Shown piece by piece: positions 10,906-21,305 of a stretch of DNA of 64,000 nucleotides. Under the pieces are notes generated by a model. It searched no databases. It saw nothing but the letters and a program-made list of their open reading frames with translations, and had not been told where the DNA came from. The translations under genes and the position numbers were made by a program. Numbering within the stretch: position 1 is the stretch's first letter; each line of letters starts with the position of its first letter. Origin of the DNA: a virus (taxonomy: Duplodnaviria > Caudoviricetes); the IMG/VR virus record IMGVR_UViG_3300045596_000094, positions 128,001-192,000 of that record; one strand, written 5' to 3'.

Positions 10906-11364
10906 TTATTCTTCAGTAGCTACTTCAGCGCTATATTGTTTTTGCAATTCCAAAGCAGCATCTGCCAAACCGCGCACTACCTGGGTGGTAAGGTCGCGAG
11001 TTTCAAACACAGCATCTTCAGTATTTGCTACAAGCGATTTTACTAAAGCGTTGGTTTCTGCTAAAGTGTCTGTAGGGGCGTGCACGAAGTTGTAACGTGC
11101 AGCATAAAGTTTCTTCACCATGTCTTTGACCTTAGGTAGGTCCAATAGATAAAGTTCATTTACTTCATCTAACATACGGTTGATAAAAACATTATGGTTA
11201 ACCCATGATTGTGCACCTCGACCCAATGGTTGTGCTGGAACCGGGATAATGAGCGCTAATGCTGCGGCTAATTCCATCTGAGTTGCTGTGGTCAATTCGT
11301 CAGTTTGGTTTTCACTGTATTGTGCACGCAATACTTCAACCATTTTCAATAAAGGGTTACTCAT
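10906..11364 (-). CDS. Virion structural protein (152 aa)
   Basis: ATGA overlap with upstream gene; head operon. Confidence 0.5.
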   Translation of the reverse strand: MSNPLLKMVEVLRAQYSENQTDELTTATQMELAAALALIIPVPAQPLGRGAQSWVNHNVFINRMLDEVNELYLLDLPKVKDMVKKLYAARYNFVHAPTDTLAETNALVKSLVANTEDAVFETRDLTTQVVRGLADAALELQKQYSAEVATEE

Positions 11365-12650
11365 TCTTTCTCTCCAAGAGCTTTAATTTTTGCAGCATTG
11401 ACAAACATGTCATTGTAAATCAGATCTTCAACAGTTTTCTGAAGTTCCTGTTCACGGCGTAGCTTTCCATAGAAAGGGATAAGCTTCTGCTGTAGGTAGG
11501 CGCTTACGCTTTCCTGATACTTCATTGTCTTTTCAATCTTCTCAGTAGATTCAATATCGCTGATTAATTTATCGACAAATTCTTTCTTATTTGGATCAGC
11601 TTCTTTCACTAGCTGAATTAGGCTTTGCTTGATTAAACGTACGCGTTGATCATCACGATCATACGGGGAAATTAAATCGTTAGGATATTTCAGAAGCGAT
11701 TCTTGAATGCGCGGCATGATCTTACCTAAGGTTGCGATCTTCGCCACCCCAACACCCACATCTGCAACAGCTTTCAAAACAGCCAGCCGAGAACCCGAAA
11801 CGCGATAAACTTCACCATTACCTAATTTGGAGTGTACAAGCGCAAGGTCTTTACCAAAACCAAAACGGACAGCAAACCCATCAGCAATTTGTTCTGATGA
11901 TTTGGCTTCATAAACCGAAGCACCCGTTTCACTACGAAGAAGATTTCGTGTATCACGAATAAAAAGTGTCTGTAGTGTGGCTGCATTCTGTTCAGCTGTT
12001 TGTTGGAGTAGTGGTTCGATTGCTACATCATCAATACCTAGGATTTTTGCACCATCTCTAAAGATTAACGCACGCTCTTTATCGGACTTAGCACCGGCAG
12101 CTGTGGCTGCAATCTGCGTGGTTACGAAAGAACCCATCGTGGTGTTTCGAAGAAAATAACAATAAGTAACAAAATGCCCAATCTCGTGAGCGATCGCTGC
12201 AGCAATCTCTCTAGCGGTGAGTCCACTTGCTCCAAACATAGTGTCTGATATCCAGACTGTAGCGGGGATCTTACTATAAACACCAGAAAGCTTAGATTTA
12301 ACTAAGTCAACCTTACCAATGGATTTACCTTCCTCACCTAAGGCAACCAATAGACGCCCTGCTGTATTAGACGCTTTACTAAACACCTGTTCCAGCGGGT
12401 GATTGCTGGTGAGGCTAGGGTAGGTGACGTATGCGTCGAATTTGTTATTTCTAAATATCTTAAAAGTAATGTTGGAATCGAAACGTTTATTGATTAGTTC
12501 AGCAATACCAGACTGATCAATTGCCTTAGAGCTATATGTACCTTCTAAGCGCAACCACTCAACCTTAGTAACCAACTGATTTCCGAAATCATCATGCTGA
12601 TATGGCATAAATTCCAGAGAAGGAACTACTCTATTCATATTAGTGACCAT
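11361..12650 (-). CDS. Virion-associated zincin (M48-like) metallopeptidase-fold protein
   Basis: IAHEIGH (HExxH) plus downstream EQIADGFA motif; PSLE near N-terminus. Confidence 0.65.
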   Translation of the reverse strand: MVTNMNRVVPSLEFMPYQHDDFGNQLVTKVEWLRLEGTYSSKAIDQSGIAELINKRFDSNITFKIFRNNKFDAYVTYPSLTSNHPLEQVFSKASNTAGRLLVALGEEGKSIGKVDLVKSKLSGVYSKIPATVWISDTMFGASGLTAREIAAAIAHEIGHFVTYCYFLRNTTMGSFVTTQIAATAAGAKSDKERALIFRDGAKILGIDDVAIEPLLQQTAEQNAATLQTLFIRDTRNLLRSETGASVYEAKSSEQIADGFAVRFGFGKDLALVHSKLGNGEVYRVSGSRLAVLKAVADVGVGVAKIATLGKIMPRIQESLLKYPNDLISPYDRDDQRVRLIKQSLIQLVKEADPNKKEFVDKLISDIESTEKIEKTMKYQESVSAYLQQKLIPFYGKLRREQELQKTVEDLIYNDMFVNAAKIKALGEKE

Positions 12651-12763
12651 TGGTTTTCTTGACTATACATAGCATTAGCAGTTTACCCTATAATGGATGC
12701 AGTAAAATATAATAGAGTTCCGCTTGCTATGATTCCCAGATTCCTAATAGTTAAGAGGCAACA

Positions 12764-14494
12764 ATGTCCGAAGTAATCGACATGTCGAAAATCACTAAAG
12801 CCGATGTTAAAGGGTTAGAATGTGTATTTGCCACATATGCATCAAATGTAAACGAACGAACCGATGCTCTCATTATAAAAGAAAACGTACATTTAAAAGA
12901 TGGTCGGGTGTTTCCAAATATTCGTATCATCAAAGATAAGGAATGGCCTTTCTATATTACCCGCAAAGGTTTCCAAAATCATCAAGAGCAAAAAGAAGCG
13001 GAGTTAATTGAACGACTACAGAAGTTTTCATCTACTCGCTTAAATCTCCCTAAGAAAATCATGAACGCGCTCAACATTTATTCACCGCGTGGCTCTCTGA
13101 GGGATTTATCAGAATCTCCGTATCTATACGGTACGGATATTCTTCCTACTTCTTTAATTAAACACGAATATCAAAAGAAGTGGACTGATTGTAAAACGAT
13201 GTCTTATAACGTGGCTGCACTCGATACAGAGACCGATGTGGAGCACGGTACAAACGAAGTGATCATTGCAAACATTACGTATAAAGGGAAGACATATTCC
13301 ACAGTAACGGAAAAGTTTGTAAATGGTAATCCGAATTTCATTGAAGATTGTTTTAAAGCAGCACAGCGTTTAGCTAAAGATGATTTCGATAAACTTGAAT
13401 GGGTAATTGAAATCGTGGATAACCCAGGTGAAGCATGCTACCGCGTTATTCAGAAAGCTCATGAATGGAAGCCAGACTTTGTCGACATTTGGAACATGAA
13501 CTTCGATATTCCGAAAATGGTCGAAATGTTGGAACGATATGGTTATGATTTAGCGGATACTTTTTCAGATCCTAAAGTTCCACCAGCCTATCGTTTCTTT
13601 GAATATCGAGAAGGTCCTGCGATCAAGAAAACGCAGTCTGGTAAATCTATGTCGATTCACCATGCTGACCGTTGGCATCGTTGTACGTGCCCTGCATCGT
13701 TTTACTTCATCGATTCGATGTGCTTATATAAACGTATCCGGGTAGCTGCTGGTAATGAACCTTCCTACTCTTTAAATGCGATCCTAGCTTCTAATAAACT
13801 GGAATCTAAGTTAAAGTTAAAAGAGTTAGAGGACGTAGAGAAAGACGGTGACGTTTGGCATTTTAGAATGCAACGCGATTATAAACCAGAATACATGGTC
13901 TATAACGTTATCGATGACCAACGTCTTTTAGATCTTGATGCTAAGACAGGTGACATCTCGCGAGCATTCCCAGCCTTAGCTGGTATTTCTGATTTCTCAG
14001 TGTATCACAAAAACCCACGTAAGATTGTGGATGATCTACATTTCTTCTATTTAGAGCGAGGTCAAGTATTTGCATCTACCTCACCATCTCTGGATAAGAA
14101 TGAATTAGATAAACATGTTGTTGGGATGAAAGATTGGATTGTCACACTTCCAAGCTATACCATCAACAATGGGATGTTCTTATTTAAGGATGCCCCGCAT
14201 ATCCGAACCATGATCTACCGCTACTTAGCCGATTTAGACATCTCAGGTACTTACCCCAATGAAGAAGACATTCTTAATATTAGTAAGGCAACAACTGCAT
14301 TTGAAACATGTCGCATTCAAGGTTTCAAAGAGCAAGAACAGCGTTACTTCGGTCTTACCTTAACTGGGGGTAAATCAAACGCTTTAGAGTTAGCGATTCG
14401 ATACGGTGGTTACCCTACTCCAGAGCAGTTATTAGAGCAGTTCGATAAGGATCATTCGATTGAAGGTTCTTTTGTAGAAAAGAAAGCGGCATAA
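12764..14494 (+). CDS. Split family-B DNA polymerase, 3'-5' exonuclease + motif A subunit (phiKZ gp82-like)
   Basis: ExoI ALDTETD, ExoII WNMNFD, ExoIII YNVIDD, PolB motif A DLDISGTYPN. Confidence 0.8.
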   Translation: MSEVIDMSKITKADVKGLECVFATYASNVNERTDALIIKENVHLKDGRVFPNIRIIKDKEWPFYITRKGFQNHQEQKEAELIERLQKFSSTRLNLPKKIMNALNIYSPRGSLRDLSESPYLYGTDILPTSLIKHEYQKKWTDCKTMSYNVAALDTETDVEHGTNEVIIANITYKGKTYSTVTEKFVNGNPNFIEDCFKAAQRLAKDDFDKLEWVIEIVDNPGEACYRVIQKAHEWKPDFVDIWNMNFDIPKMVEMLERYGYDLADTFSDPKVPPAYRFFEYREGPAIKKTQSGKSMSIHHADRWHRCTCPASFYFIDSMCLYKRIRVAAGNEPSYSLNAILASNKLESKLKLKELEDVEKDGDVWHFRMQRDYKPEYMVYNVIDDQRLLDLDAKTGDISRAFPALAGISDFSVYHKNPRKIVDDLHFFYLERGQVFASTSPSLDKNELDKHVVGMKDWIVTLPSYTINNGMFLFKDAPHIRTMIYRYLADLDISGTYPNEEDILNISKATTAFETCRIQGFKEQEQRYFGLTLTGGKSNALELAIRYGGYPTPEQLLEQFDKDHSIEGSFVEKKAA

Positions 14495-14519
14495 AGAAAA
14501 AAATAAATAGGAAGACTGG

Positions 14520-14547
14520 AATAGAGACTCCCTAGGGAGTCTCTATT
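14520..14547. terminator. Bidirectional terminator; perfect 28-bp CTAG-centred palindrome
   Basis: AATAGAGACTCCCT|AGGGAGTCTCTATT between convergent genes; followed by TTATG. Confidence 0.75.
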
Positions 14548-14574
14548 TACTTATGTCGTTAGGATAAAGCCAGA

Positions 14575-14901
14575 TCATTTACAGTCATATTGTTTTGATG
14601 ACTTTAAGGATATATATTTTTCTAGTTTTTGATAGTCTCGATCGATGACTTCTTCAGAAGCAAGTGCGGTTTTTAACTCTGGCTTCTCACCCGTAAAACA
14701 TACACGTAGATAATACTGATCACCAACACGGTAGCGTGCGAGCATAAATGCATCGGTCATGTCAATCACTTTATCGTCTGATTCAATGTGTTCGCAGTTT
14801 GGTGGTAATACACCGGTAATGGCATTCACCAATGGGTGTTCTGGGTAGTATTTAGGTGTAGTAGAGGTTTTGTTAAAAAGTTTCTTGATTGCGGTTAACA
14901 T
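14575..14901 (-). CDS. Hypothetical early protein (108 aa)
   Basis: TAAGGA SD; early-promoter operon. Confidence 0.6.
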   Translation of the reverse strand: MLTAIKKLFNKTSTTPKYYPEHPLVNAITGVLPPNCEHIESDDKVIDMTDAFMLARYRVGDQYYLRVCFTGEKPELKTALASEEVIDRDYQKLEKYISLKSSKQYDCK

Positions 14902-14927
14902 GATGAAGATTCCTTATGTAGTGAAGT

Positions 14928-15227
14928 TTAGATGCGGGTAACGACTTGATACCCTAATTTGCGTAATGCGGTTTGAAAAATAGTATACCCAGAGATAGCG
15001 GTGTCCCCTTTGCCAACATACAACCTTGTATTTGCGTTAGGGTTGATATTAGCTGATGTCAGTAATGTGGCAATCAATTTAGCCTTAGCCCGTGGTTGTA
15101 TTGCCTGTCGTCTAGCTGCTGATTGTACTAACGGTCGAATTTCTTTTGGTAAAGCGACGGCCTTATCAAGTGTAATTTCATCTGTAAGGTTATATGTTGT
15201 CATTGGGGTTTTATTTAAAGTTGCCAT
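14928..15227 (-). CDS. Hypothetical basic protein (99 aa)
   Basis: ORF in early cluster. Confidence 0.55.
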   Translation of the reverse strand: MATLNKTPMTTYNLTDEITLDKAVALPKEIRPLVQSAARRQAIQPRAKAKLIATLLTSANINPNANTRLYVGKGDTAISGYTIFQTALRKLGYQVVTRI

Positions 15228-15319
15228 TAATTAATGCTCTATGGTTATGTAAAAAATGATCGAGATGAGATTACTATGTAGGAACCAAACCCACCCTTAG
15301 GTAGGTTCGGCTTTTTTTA

Positions 15320-15652
15320 TTAGTGTAGGGTTCCGCCTACGCAGAACGGGTTCAGGGAAATATTTCCAAGAATGCAATCTAATGCTTCCTTAGCTTTCCG
15401 TTTTATAATTGTAGACTCATTCGGCGGTGCTCCGAAGACATCGACTTCTTGTGCTAGCACGAGCGGTTTGAAAGATGCTATCTCATCAGGATAGCATGTA
15501 ATTTTACCATCCCGATTAATAGGTATTTTCAACGTATGGTTGAAATGCGTATTTCTAAGAACATAGAAATTTAGGTCATCCCAAGCGATTTGTTTATCTT
15601 GTTCTGTATAAGTTTTAAGGGTTTTAGATTGAAGGTTAGAATACAGTTTCAT
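15320..15652 (-). CDS. Hypothetical early protein (110 aa)
   Basis: First ORF downstream of the promoter at 15731-15773. Confidence 0.55.
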   Translation of the reverse strand: MKLYSNLQSKTLKTYTEQDKQIAWDDLNFYVLRNTHFNHTLKIPINRDGKITCYPDEIASFKPLVLAQEVDVFGAPPNESTIIKRKAKEALDCILGNISLNPFCVGGTLH

Positions 15653-15730
15653 TAGGTAATCTCGTAAAGAAATTAAAATTAGTTTAAATTAATGTTCGAG
15701 CATTAATTTAAACAAATAGAGCACATTCCC

Positions 15731-15773
15731 TATTCACTTAGGTAATGTGTATCTGAAATAATTTTAATTGAGA
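15731..15773 (-). promoter_or_regulatory. Putative early (vRNAP) promoter
   Basis: Minus strand TACAC-ATTAC-N5-TGAA; one of 8 aligned copies; resembles phiKZ early TATATTAC. Confidence 0.7.
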
Positions 15774-15856
15774 CTGTACGCTGAAAATCCATAATTCTTA
15801 ATTTGGAGGGGTTTCGACCCCTCCACTTATGCCGTCATTTTATTTTGGTGACATAA

Positions 15857-15888
15857 ATCCTCTTACTCCCCGAAAGGAGTAAGAGGAT
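15857..15888 (-). terminator. Terminator hairpin (UUCG-containing loop on minus strand)
   Basis: ATCCTCTTACTCC...GGAGTAAGAGGAT just downstream of 15901..16767. Confidence 0.65.
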
Positions 15889-15900
15889 CATGTATGTTGT

Positions 15901-16767
15901 TTAGATTGCTTGTGAAATATAAGCGAGCAAATTAGTACGTTGATTCTGCGAAGTTACCGTGCGTTCAATTCCAGGAAGACTGATAGACTTCGAGAAATAT
16001 GTAGAACGTTTACGAGGGTTTGCAGCATTGACAATGATAGTCTGGAACAAATTGAACTGATCACGAATACCGTCATTCAATAAGTTAAAGGCACGGCACG
16101 CTAAACGATCAGTGAAAAGATCATCGGAGTGGCGATTTGCTAAATGTAAGATCACATCAAAACACATTGTAGAATCACCAACCTGACTATCTAATGCGCC
16201 AGTAACTGTACGATACCAAGCCATTTGATGTTTAGCTGCTTCTTCTAAAGTCACTGGACAACGAGCATTCATGTTTTTGTGGTATTGTTCAAAGCCACGA
16301 ATTGTACGTTTCAGTGTAGGGGTGTATTGTTCTGGATCTAATTTATATTTAGACTTAATGAAACCTTCTAGAGTTTCATTGCGAACATTTGGAGTAAGTA
16401 CATCTGTAGCTTTACCTACAAGTGTAATTCCCGGTACAACAACCTGCTCCACTTTAGCAATGACCTGATCGGTTGCTTCCAATTCAGCAACTGTCTGAAC
16501 TTTAGTTTCCGTTACTGGTTCTTCAACCTTCGGTTCTGGTTGTGGTTCAGGTTCTGATGGTGGGTTTTCTTGTTCCGGAGCTTCTTCATTTTGAACCGCA
16601 GGTACTTCTGTTTTATCTTCAGCAGGTACTGTTGGTGTTGGTTGCTCCGTTTCAGTAGTCACGGGAGTCTCTACAGCTTCTACAACTGCTTTTGCGGATT
16701 CAGCCGCTGCTGCTTTAGCTTTAGCTGCTGCGGTACGTGTAGTTGTTGTGCGTGGTTTATTAGCCAT
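15901..16767 (-). CDS. Hypothetical protein with disordered A/E/P/T-rich N-terminus (288 aa)
   Basis: AGGAG SD; directly downstream of vRNAP beta' gene. Confidence 0.65.
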   Translation of the reverse strand: MANKPRTTTTRTAAAKAKAAAAESAKAVVEAVETPVTTETEQPTPTVPAEDKTEVPAVQNEEAPEQENPPSEPEPQPEPKVEEPVTETKVQTVAELEATDQVIAKVEQVVVPGITLVGKATDVLTPNVRNETLEGFIKSKYKLDPEQYTPTLKRTIRGFEQYHKNMNARCPVTLEEAAKHQMAWYRTVTGALDSQVGDSTMCFDVILHLANRHSDDLFTDRLACRAFNLLNDGIRDQFNLFQTIIVNAANPRKRSTYFSKSISLPGIERTVTSQNQRTNLLAYISQAI

Positions 16768-16778
16768 TTGAAAAACTC

Positions 16779-18107
16779 CTAATAGGCAATAGCTTGAAGG
16801 TTAAGCGTTACAGTAGCAAGGGCTTTACCGTGCATACGCTTCATCTTATCATACATATAAACGTCACCAATGTTGGCAACAACAGAAGGGATACCGTTTG
16901 GTAGGCGACTATAAACTTTACCGATACATGTTGCACAGTAAGAAGAACCATCTACCTGGCAGTATTGTGGGGAATAGTACATGATGGTTTTACCATTCAG
17001 TGTTCCCACATTTTCTTTAGTAATTTCTTTTGGACCGCTTGGCGTTACTGCGTATAAACCGACCAGTCGTTTAACATTGTATCCATTGACCGTAATACGT
17101 TTACCTACAGTTGTACCGCAGAACTCTTTTGCAATTCTAGAGTTCATTGCCATACGGTAAGCGACTTTTACGTCAGCACCACCAAACTGGGTTTCTTTAC
17201 CACGGAAGTAAGAACCGGCACGAGCATCATTCACATGGGATGGAATATCTTTGATCTTCCATTTATCACGCAACGATGTGGCAATAAAGGTTGCTTCGCC
17301 ATCTGTACCAAAACCTGCAGAACCACCGATCATGGTTAATTGTTTCTTACGGGTTGGGTTAAAAGATTTACCCGTGATCAAGAAGTCACGTGCAGGATCG
17401 TTGGCAAATGATGCCTTATCGGCAGCAACCACCTGTTTCTCAATCTCCGCCTGAACCTTAATATCATGAAGCTGATGCGCGTTTTCTTTAATCAACTTAT
17501 CACGAAGCTTAATTACAGATGGATCTACGGTTAACGCTTTAGGAGAACCACTGGACGCAAATATAAATGCAAAGCCCGCCAATGCACCGCATGCCTCACC
17601 GTAAAGTAAATATTCGCGCACATAGACTTTCTGAGGGTCTTCCTCTTCGCCGACTTTCACATCATCAGTTAATAGTGAAGCCAAGGTATCTTCGAAACTT
17701 CCTGGAATTACATCGTTAATGAATTGGAACTTATCTTTAAAAGGATAATAAAGAAGAAACATATTCCCTAAGACAATACCGTACGTACTACTACACGCGG
17801 GGTTTTTCAAAGGTAACGCGTTTGCAGGAAGATTAATAATCTCCTTAGCATCAAAAGGAGCAATCCCTCGTTTGGTATCATCTAATCGTACAGGTGATCT
17901 ATTTCCCGTCTCATCAGGAATAGCAGCGTATAGATGATCGGTGTCGGTATGATCAAAGATAATTTGATAGTCATACGTGGCGTCCTGTAATAAAGGACGA
18001 TCTTTCTGAACACAGAAAGCCCCTACTACCCAAGCATAGCTTTTGTAAGCCCCTGCGTTCATCGCTTTGAGGAAGTAATCTAATCTAGTCATAGCTATTA
18101 ACCTCAC
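16779..18107 (-). CDS. Virion RNA polymerase beta' subunit (C-terminal part; phiKZ gp80-like)
   Basis: Bridge-helix-like RAGSYFRGKETQFGG, Zn site CGT...CQ....YCATC, trigger-loop-like MKRMHG. Confidence 0.8.
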   Translation of the reverse strand: MRLIAMTRLDYFLKAMNAGAYKSYAWVVGAFCVQKDRPLLQDATYDYQIIFDHTDTDHLYAAIPDETGNRSPVRLDDTKRGIAPFDAKEIINLPANALPLKNPACSSTYGIVLGNMFLLYYPFKDKFQFINDVIPGSFEDTLASLLTDDVKVGEEEDPQKVYVREYLLYGEACGALAGFAFIFASSGSPKALTVDPSVIKLRDKLIKENAHQLHDIKVQAEIEKQVVAADKASFANDPARDFLITGKSFNPTRKKQLTMIGGSAGFGTDGEATFIATSLRDKWKIKDIPSHVNDARAGSYFRGKETQFGGADVKVAYRMAMNSRIAKEFCGTTVGKRITVNGYNVKRLVGLYAVTPSGPKEITKENVGTLNGKTIMYYSPQYCQVDGSSYCATCIGKVYSRLPNGIPSVVANIGDVYMYDKMKRMHGKALATVTLNLQAIAY

Positions 18108-18960
18108 TCAGAGTAGCCTGCAGTACGGAATACACCCCATGCGCTTCGTTAATGTCTTCTACGAGCTGTTCGAGTTGTGTCTGTATAGTTTTAACTAATT
18201 CAACATTTCTTTGCCCTGTGAGCAAATAGAGCGAAATAAGCTCTAGCGCCACACGCTTATGATCTTTGAGATTGAGTGTGTGGAAATGTTCGGTAATCAT
18301 ATTTGTTAGTTGCTGGGCATTCATCCCTTTGACTAAGTATTGTTCACGAATCAAATTAATCACTGTAAGCTGTGGGTTACGTTCAGCAATTTTACGAATC
18401 AGTTCGATATTTTCTTCAGGGAAATCATCAGCAATTAATGCGTTCTTCGCGGTTAACCCCACAGAGTGTATTTCGTGGAGGCGATCAAAGAACATCAAAG
18501 GTACAACTTGCACACGATCATAGAACTCCATCTCGTCCATATCGACTATGATAGAAATAAGGCTATATAGTTTTGGCAAAGTTTCCTGATCATTACTGCA
18601 GATATTCATAATCACTTCATGCTGATCAAAACTATCGAGTAGACTAATTACTTCGTAAAGCTCTTTTAAGAATACTATGTCCTGACTGCTACAAATAATG
18701 TCGAATTCGGCAATGAGTTGCTTTAAGTACTTAATTAAAACGTCATTTAATTCATCCAAAATATCGGCTGATGTTTGATCTGACATTTTGTCAACCAAAG
18801 CGGTTAAAGAATCTAAAACACTAAAGACTTCTCTTTCTTTTAATAAGTCGATGATGGGTTGATATAGTGCAAGTTTATCCACACAGATGGTGGCAGTTAG
18901 AAATCGCTCTATCGGTTCAATAGTCGCGACATTCTGAGTGTCTGTAGGTTGCATGGTCAT
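18085..18960 (-). CDS. Conserved chimallivirus protein (phiKZ gp79-like)
   Basis: 291 aa acidic helical protein; synteny with gp80. Confidence 0.5.
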   Translation of the reverse strand: MTMQPTDTQNVATIEPIERFLTATICVDKLALYQPIIDLLKEREVFSVLDSLTALVDKMSDQTSADILDELNDVLIKYLKQLIAEFDIICSSQDIVFLKELYEVISLLDSFDQHEVIMNICSNDQETLPKLYSLISIIVDMDEMEFYDRVQVVPLMFFDRLHEIHSVGLTAKNALIADDFPEENIELIRKIAERNPQLTVINLIREQYLVKGMNAQQLTNMITEHFHTLNLKDHKRVALELISLYLLTGQRNVELVKTIQTQLEQLVEDINEAHGVYSVLQATLSEVNSYD

Positions 18961-18991
18961 ATATCCGTCTAGTATTTAATTACTGGGTCTC

Positions 18992-19007
18992 GCATTCATA
19001 TGAATGC
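18992..19007. promoter_or_regulatory. Palindrome GCATTCATATGAATGC; candidate back-to-back late (TATG) promoters
   Basis: Perfect 16-bp palindrome between divergent genes with TATG on both strands. Confidence 0.45.
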
Positions 19008-19037
19008 ATTTCCCTCTCATTTTTGATAAGGTTAGTT

Positions 19038-19625
19038 ATGGCTTATAAGCACCAAACAAAAGGGCGTAACAAACGCCGTACACAGGCGATCCAAAAAGCC
19101 AAAGGCGGGCATATCTCTCAAGACAAATACCGCTCTCTCTTAAACAAACTCGCTCAAACTGTTTTAACCGTTAAAGGTCAACAGCAAATCCTTACACAAG
19201 CTCCGCCGATTTTCAATGTTCGCCCTATGATCGAACGTGGTGAAATCGACCCAAAACTTCTTGATGCTAAAAAGTTGGTTGAATGTGGAAAACAGATTCT
19301 GCTTGCAGAACCAACTCTCGCCACACGCATTGAAAATCTTCTTAATAGAGCAGCCGACTTTCTAGACCACGCATATAAAGTGAACTTCGGCGGATTGTCT
19401 GAAGTCAATCAACTCAAGACAGTATCTCAGATTCTTGAAATTCAATCTGAATCAGAAGCCTGGGCTATTGATTTCACTTCTCAAATTCATGGACCGCTAT
19501 TGGAAGCAATAGATGTTCTGAATAAGGCTTTACCAGAAGCCAATCGTGTTGACGTAAAAGACATGCTCAACATGGTAAACGCACTAAAATTACTTACGAA
19601 CGAACAAGGTGAAACAAATGTCTAA
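19038..19625 (+). CDS. Hypothetical protein with basic N-terminus
   Basis: Start reassigned to ATG 19038 (MAYKHQ, TAAGG SD); helical. Confidence 0.55.
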   Translation: MAYKHQTKGRNKRRTQAIQKAKGGHISQDKYRSLLNKLAQTVLTVKGQQQILTQAPPIFNVRPMIERGEIDPKLLDAKKLVECGKQILLAEPTLATRIENLLNRAADFLDHAYKVNFGGLSEVNQLKTVSQILEIQSESEAWAIDFTSQIHGPLLEAIDVLNKALPEANRVDVKDMLNMVNALKLLTNEQGETNV

Positions 19626-21273
19626 TAACGAACAAGAACTTCCAATGTTAGATGAAGATGGTGTGGAGGTAACACCGCCGGAACCCGAAACGGTACCCCT
19701 CCTGGAGACTGTACCCGGTGATGTTCCACCAGAAAAACCGCAGGAAGATACGAAAGAAGACATTATCGATATTCCTGAAGTGAAACTTCCACGCACTGAG
19801 GCAGAGCCTAACATGCGTGTTAAGAAAGTGTTTGATGTCTATTCGGTTATTGATGAAACTACTAAGAGTAAAGATAAACGCGAACCTTTACTCTTACTGG
19901 CAAAACCATTCAAGTTTTTGCGTGAAGGTGCCGAATCAGAAGCTTGGACACTACTCACTGAAGACATGAGTAAAGATGAAGCTTTGCAGGAGTTCATGGC
20001 ACGCTTCTTCTATGCTGGAACTTTCTCATTAGGTCAATCCGAAATTAAAGATCGTGGATTCTTTGAAGGTTGGTTGGGTGATGAAGAAACACCAAATGAT
20101 TCGATCTTACAACAAATTCGTGACGATAAAAATTCAATTGCGATTGGTGCTCGTCGACCAGATATCGGTAAACAAGGTGGTCGTCGCTTAACAGGTAAAG
20201 CAGCACGTGCTCAAATTGGTTCTGTATTAGGTAACGGTATTACTACGAGCATTCCTTTACCACATACCGGTATCAACATGGAGTTTAGTGCGCGCGGTGA
20301 CGTTGAACTTCTTAACCTTGATTTAAAGATGGCTGAAGAACGTGTTAAAATCGGACATGATACAGCGGGAATGATTTTCCAATGTTCACAGTTTGGTATC
20401 TCAGAGCGTTTATTCAATTTCGCCATGGAATCGGTTACAGATGCGAATCTTCTTGGGTGGGATGATCCATCTATGGAGTTAGCAAAACTGATTCCGATTA
20501 CTGATTTACCAGTGATTTATTGGGGTGTTGCACAGACACTCTATCCTAACGGATACCCATTAGATTTACCATGTGCCTCTGGTCCATTAAACTGTAAACA
20601 TGTTGAACGTGTGAATTTGAATATTCAACGCATCTTCTGGATGAATCGTTCAAAACTTACAACCGATCAACAAAAGCAGTTGTCCGCGGTACGCCATAAA
20701 CACTCTCTAAACGATTTGGAGACGTACGCAAAAGAAGCAGCGAACATTCGTGAACATTCATTCGATGTTATTGTCAATGGCGCTAAGATGACACTGGAAT
20801 TAACAGTGCCAACTATTCACGAGCATATCGAAGCGGGTAAACGTTGGGCATTAGAAGCTGGCCGTGCTGTGGAAGATATCCTTCAAACAGATGATCCAGA
20901 TCCAATGCGTCGACTGGCGTACATGCGTCGAGTTATTGAAATGTCTTCTCTGCGGGAATATGTTTCTTGGGTTAAGAAAATTACCTTTGAAAATGGTAGT
21001 TATGTCGACAACAAAAATGTTGAAGATATCGAATATAACTTAACTCAACTTACACGTGGCGATGATGAAGTTGTTGATCAGATTTTCGCTGAAATTCAGA
21101 AGTTCATTGAGAAATCAACAGTCGCCATTATTGCTATTCCGAACTACGCATGCCCTAAATGTGAAACGGATCAGGCTACGACCGTATCTGAAGAACATCC
21201 AGAGCTTATTCCTTTGGACATCGAAAAACTTTTTTTCGAATTAAAGGACCGCAGACTAGCATCCCGTTTGTAA
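19609..21273 (+). CDS. Baseplate hub/tail assembly chaperone-like protein (T4 gp26/gp51-like; phiKZ gp77-like)
   Basis: Two Cys knuckles (LPCASGPLNC, YACPKC) and near-terminal LFF; real start may be ATG 19618. Confidence 0.55.
   Translation: MKQMSNNEQELPMLDEDGVEVTPPEPETVPLLETVPGDVPPEKPQEDTKEDIIDIPEVKLPRTEAEPNMRVKKVFDVYSVIDETTKSKDKREPLLLLAKPFKFLREGAESEAWTLLTEDMSKDEALQEFMARFFYAGTFSLGQSEIKDRGFFEGWLGDEETPNDSILQQIRDDKNSIAIGARRPDIGKQGGRRLTGKAARAQIGSVLGNGITTSIPLPHTGINMEFSARGDVELLNLDLKMAEERVKIGHDTAGMIFQCSQFGISERLFNFAMESVTDANLLGWDDPSMELAKLIPITDLPVIYWGVAQTLYPNGYPLDLPCASGPLNCKHVERVNLNIQRIFWMNRSKLTTDQQKQLSAVRHKHSLNDLETYAKEAANIREHSFDVIVNGAKMTLELTVPTIHEHIEAGKRWALEAGRAVEDILQTDDPDPMRRLAYMRRVIEMSSLREYVSWVKKITFENGSYVDNKNVEDIEYNLTQLTRGDDEVVDQIFAEIQKFIEKSTVAIIAIPNYACPKCETDQATTVSEEHPELIPLDIEKLFFELKDRRLASRL
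21231..21237 (+). other. Candidate -1 programmed ribosomal frameshift site T TTT TTC
   Basis: Correctly phased X XXY YYZ heptamer; -1 frame is open from 21192 through the whole 21306..21821 ORF. Confidence 0.6.
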
Positions 21274-21305
21274 AAGGTGGGAAGCTTCTAGATAATGACC
21301 CAGAG

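Noticed and set aside
15804-15826. GGAGGGGTTTCGACCCCTCCA resembles a tRNA T-arm plus CCA
   Set aside because: Only a single hairpin; no acceptor, D or anticodon arms. It fits the terminator-type hairpin family followed by TTATG.
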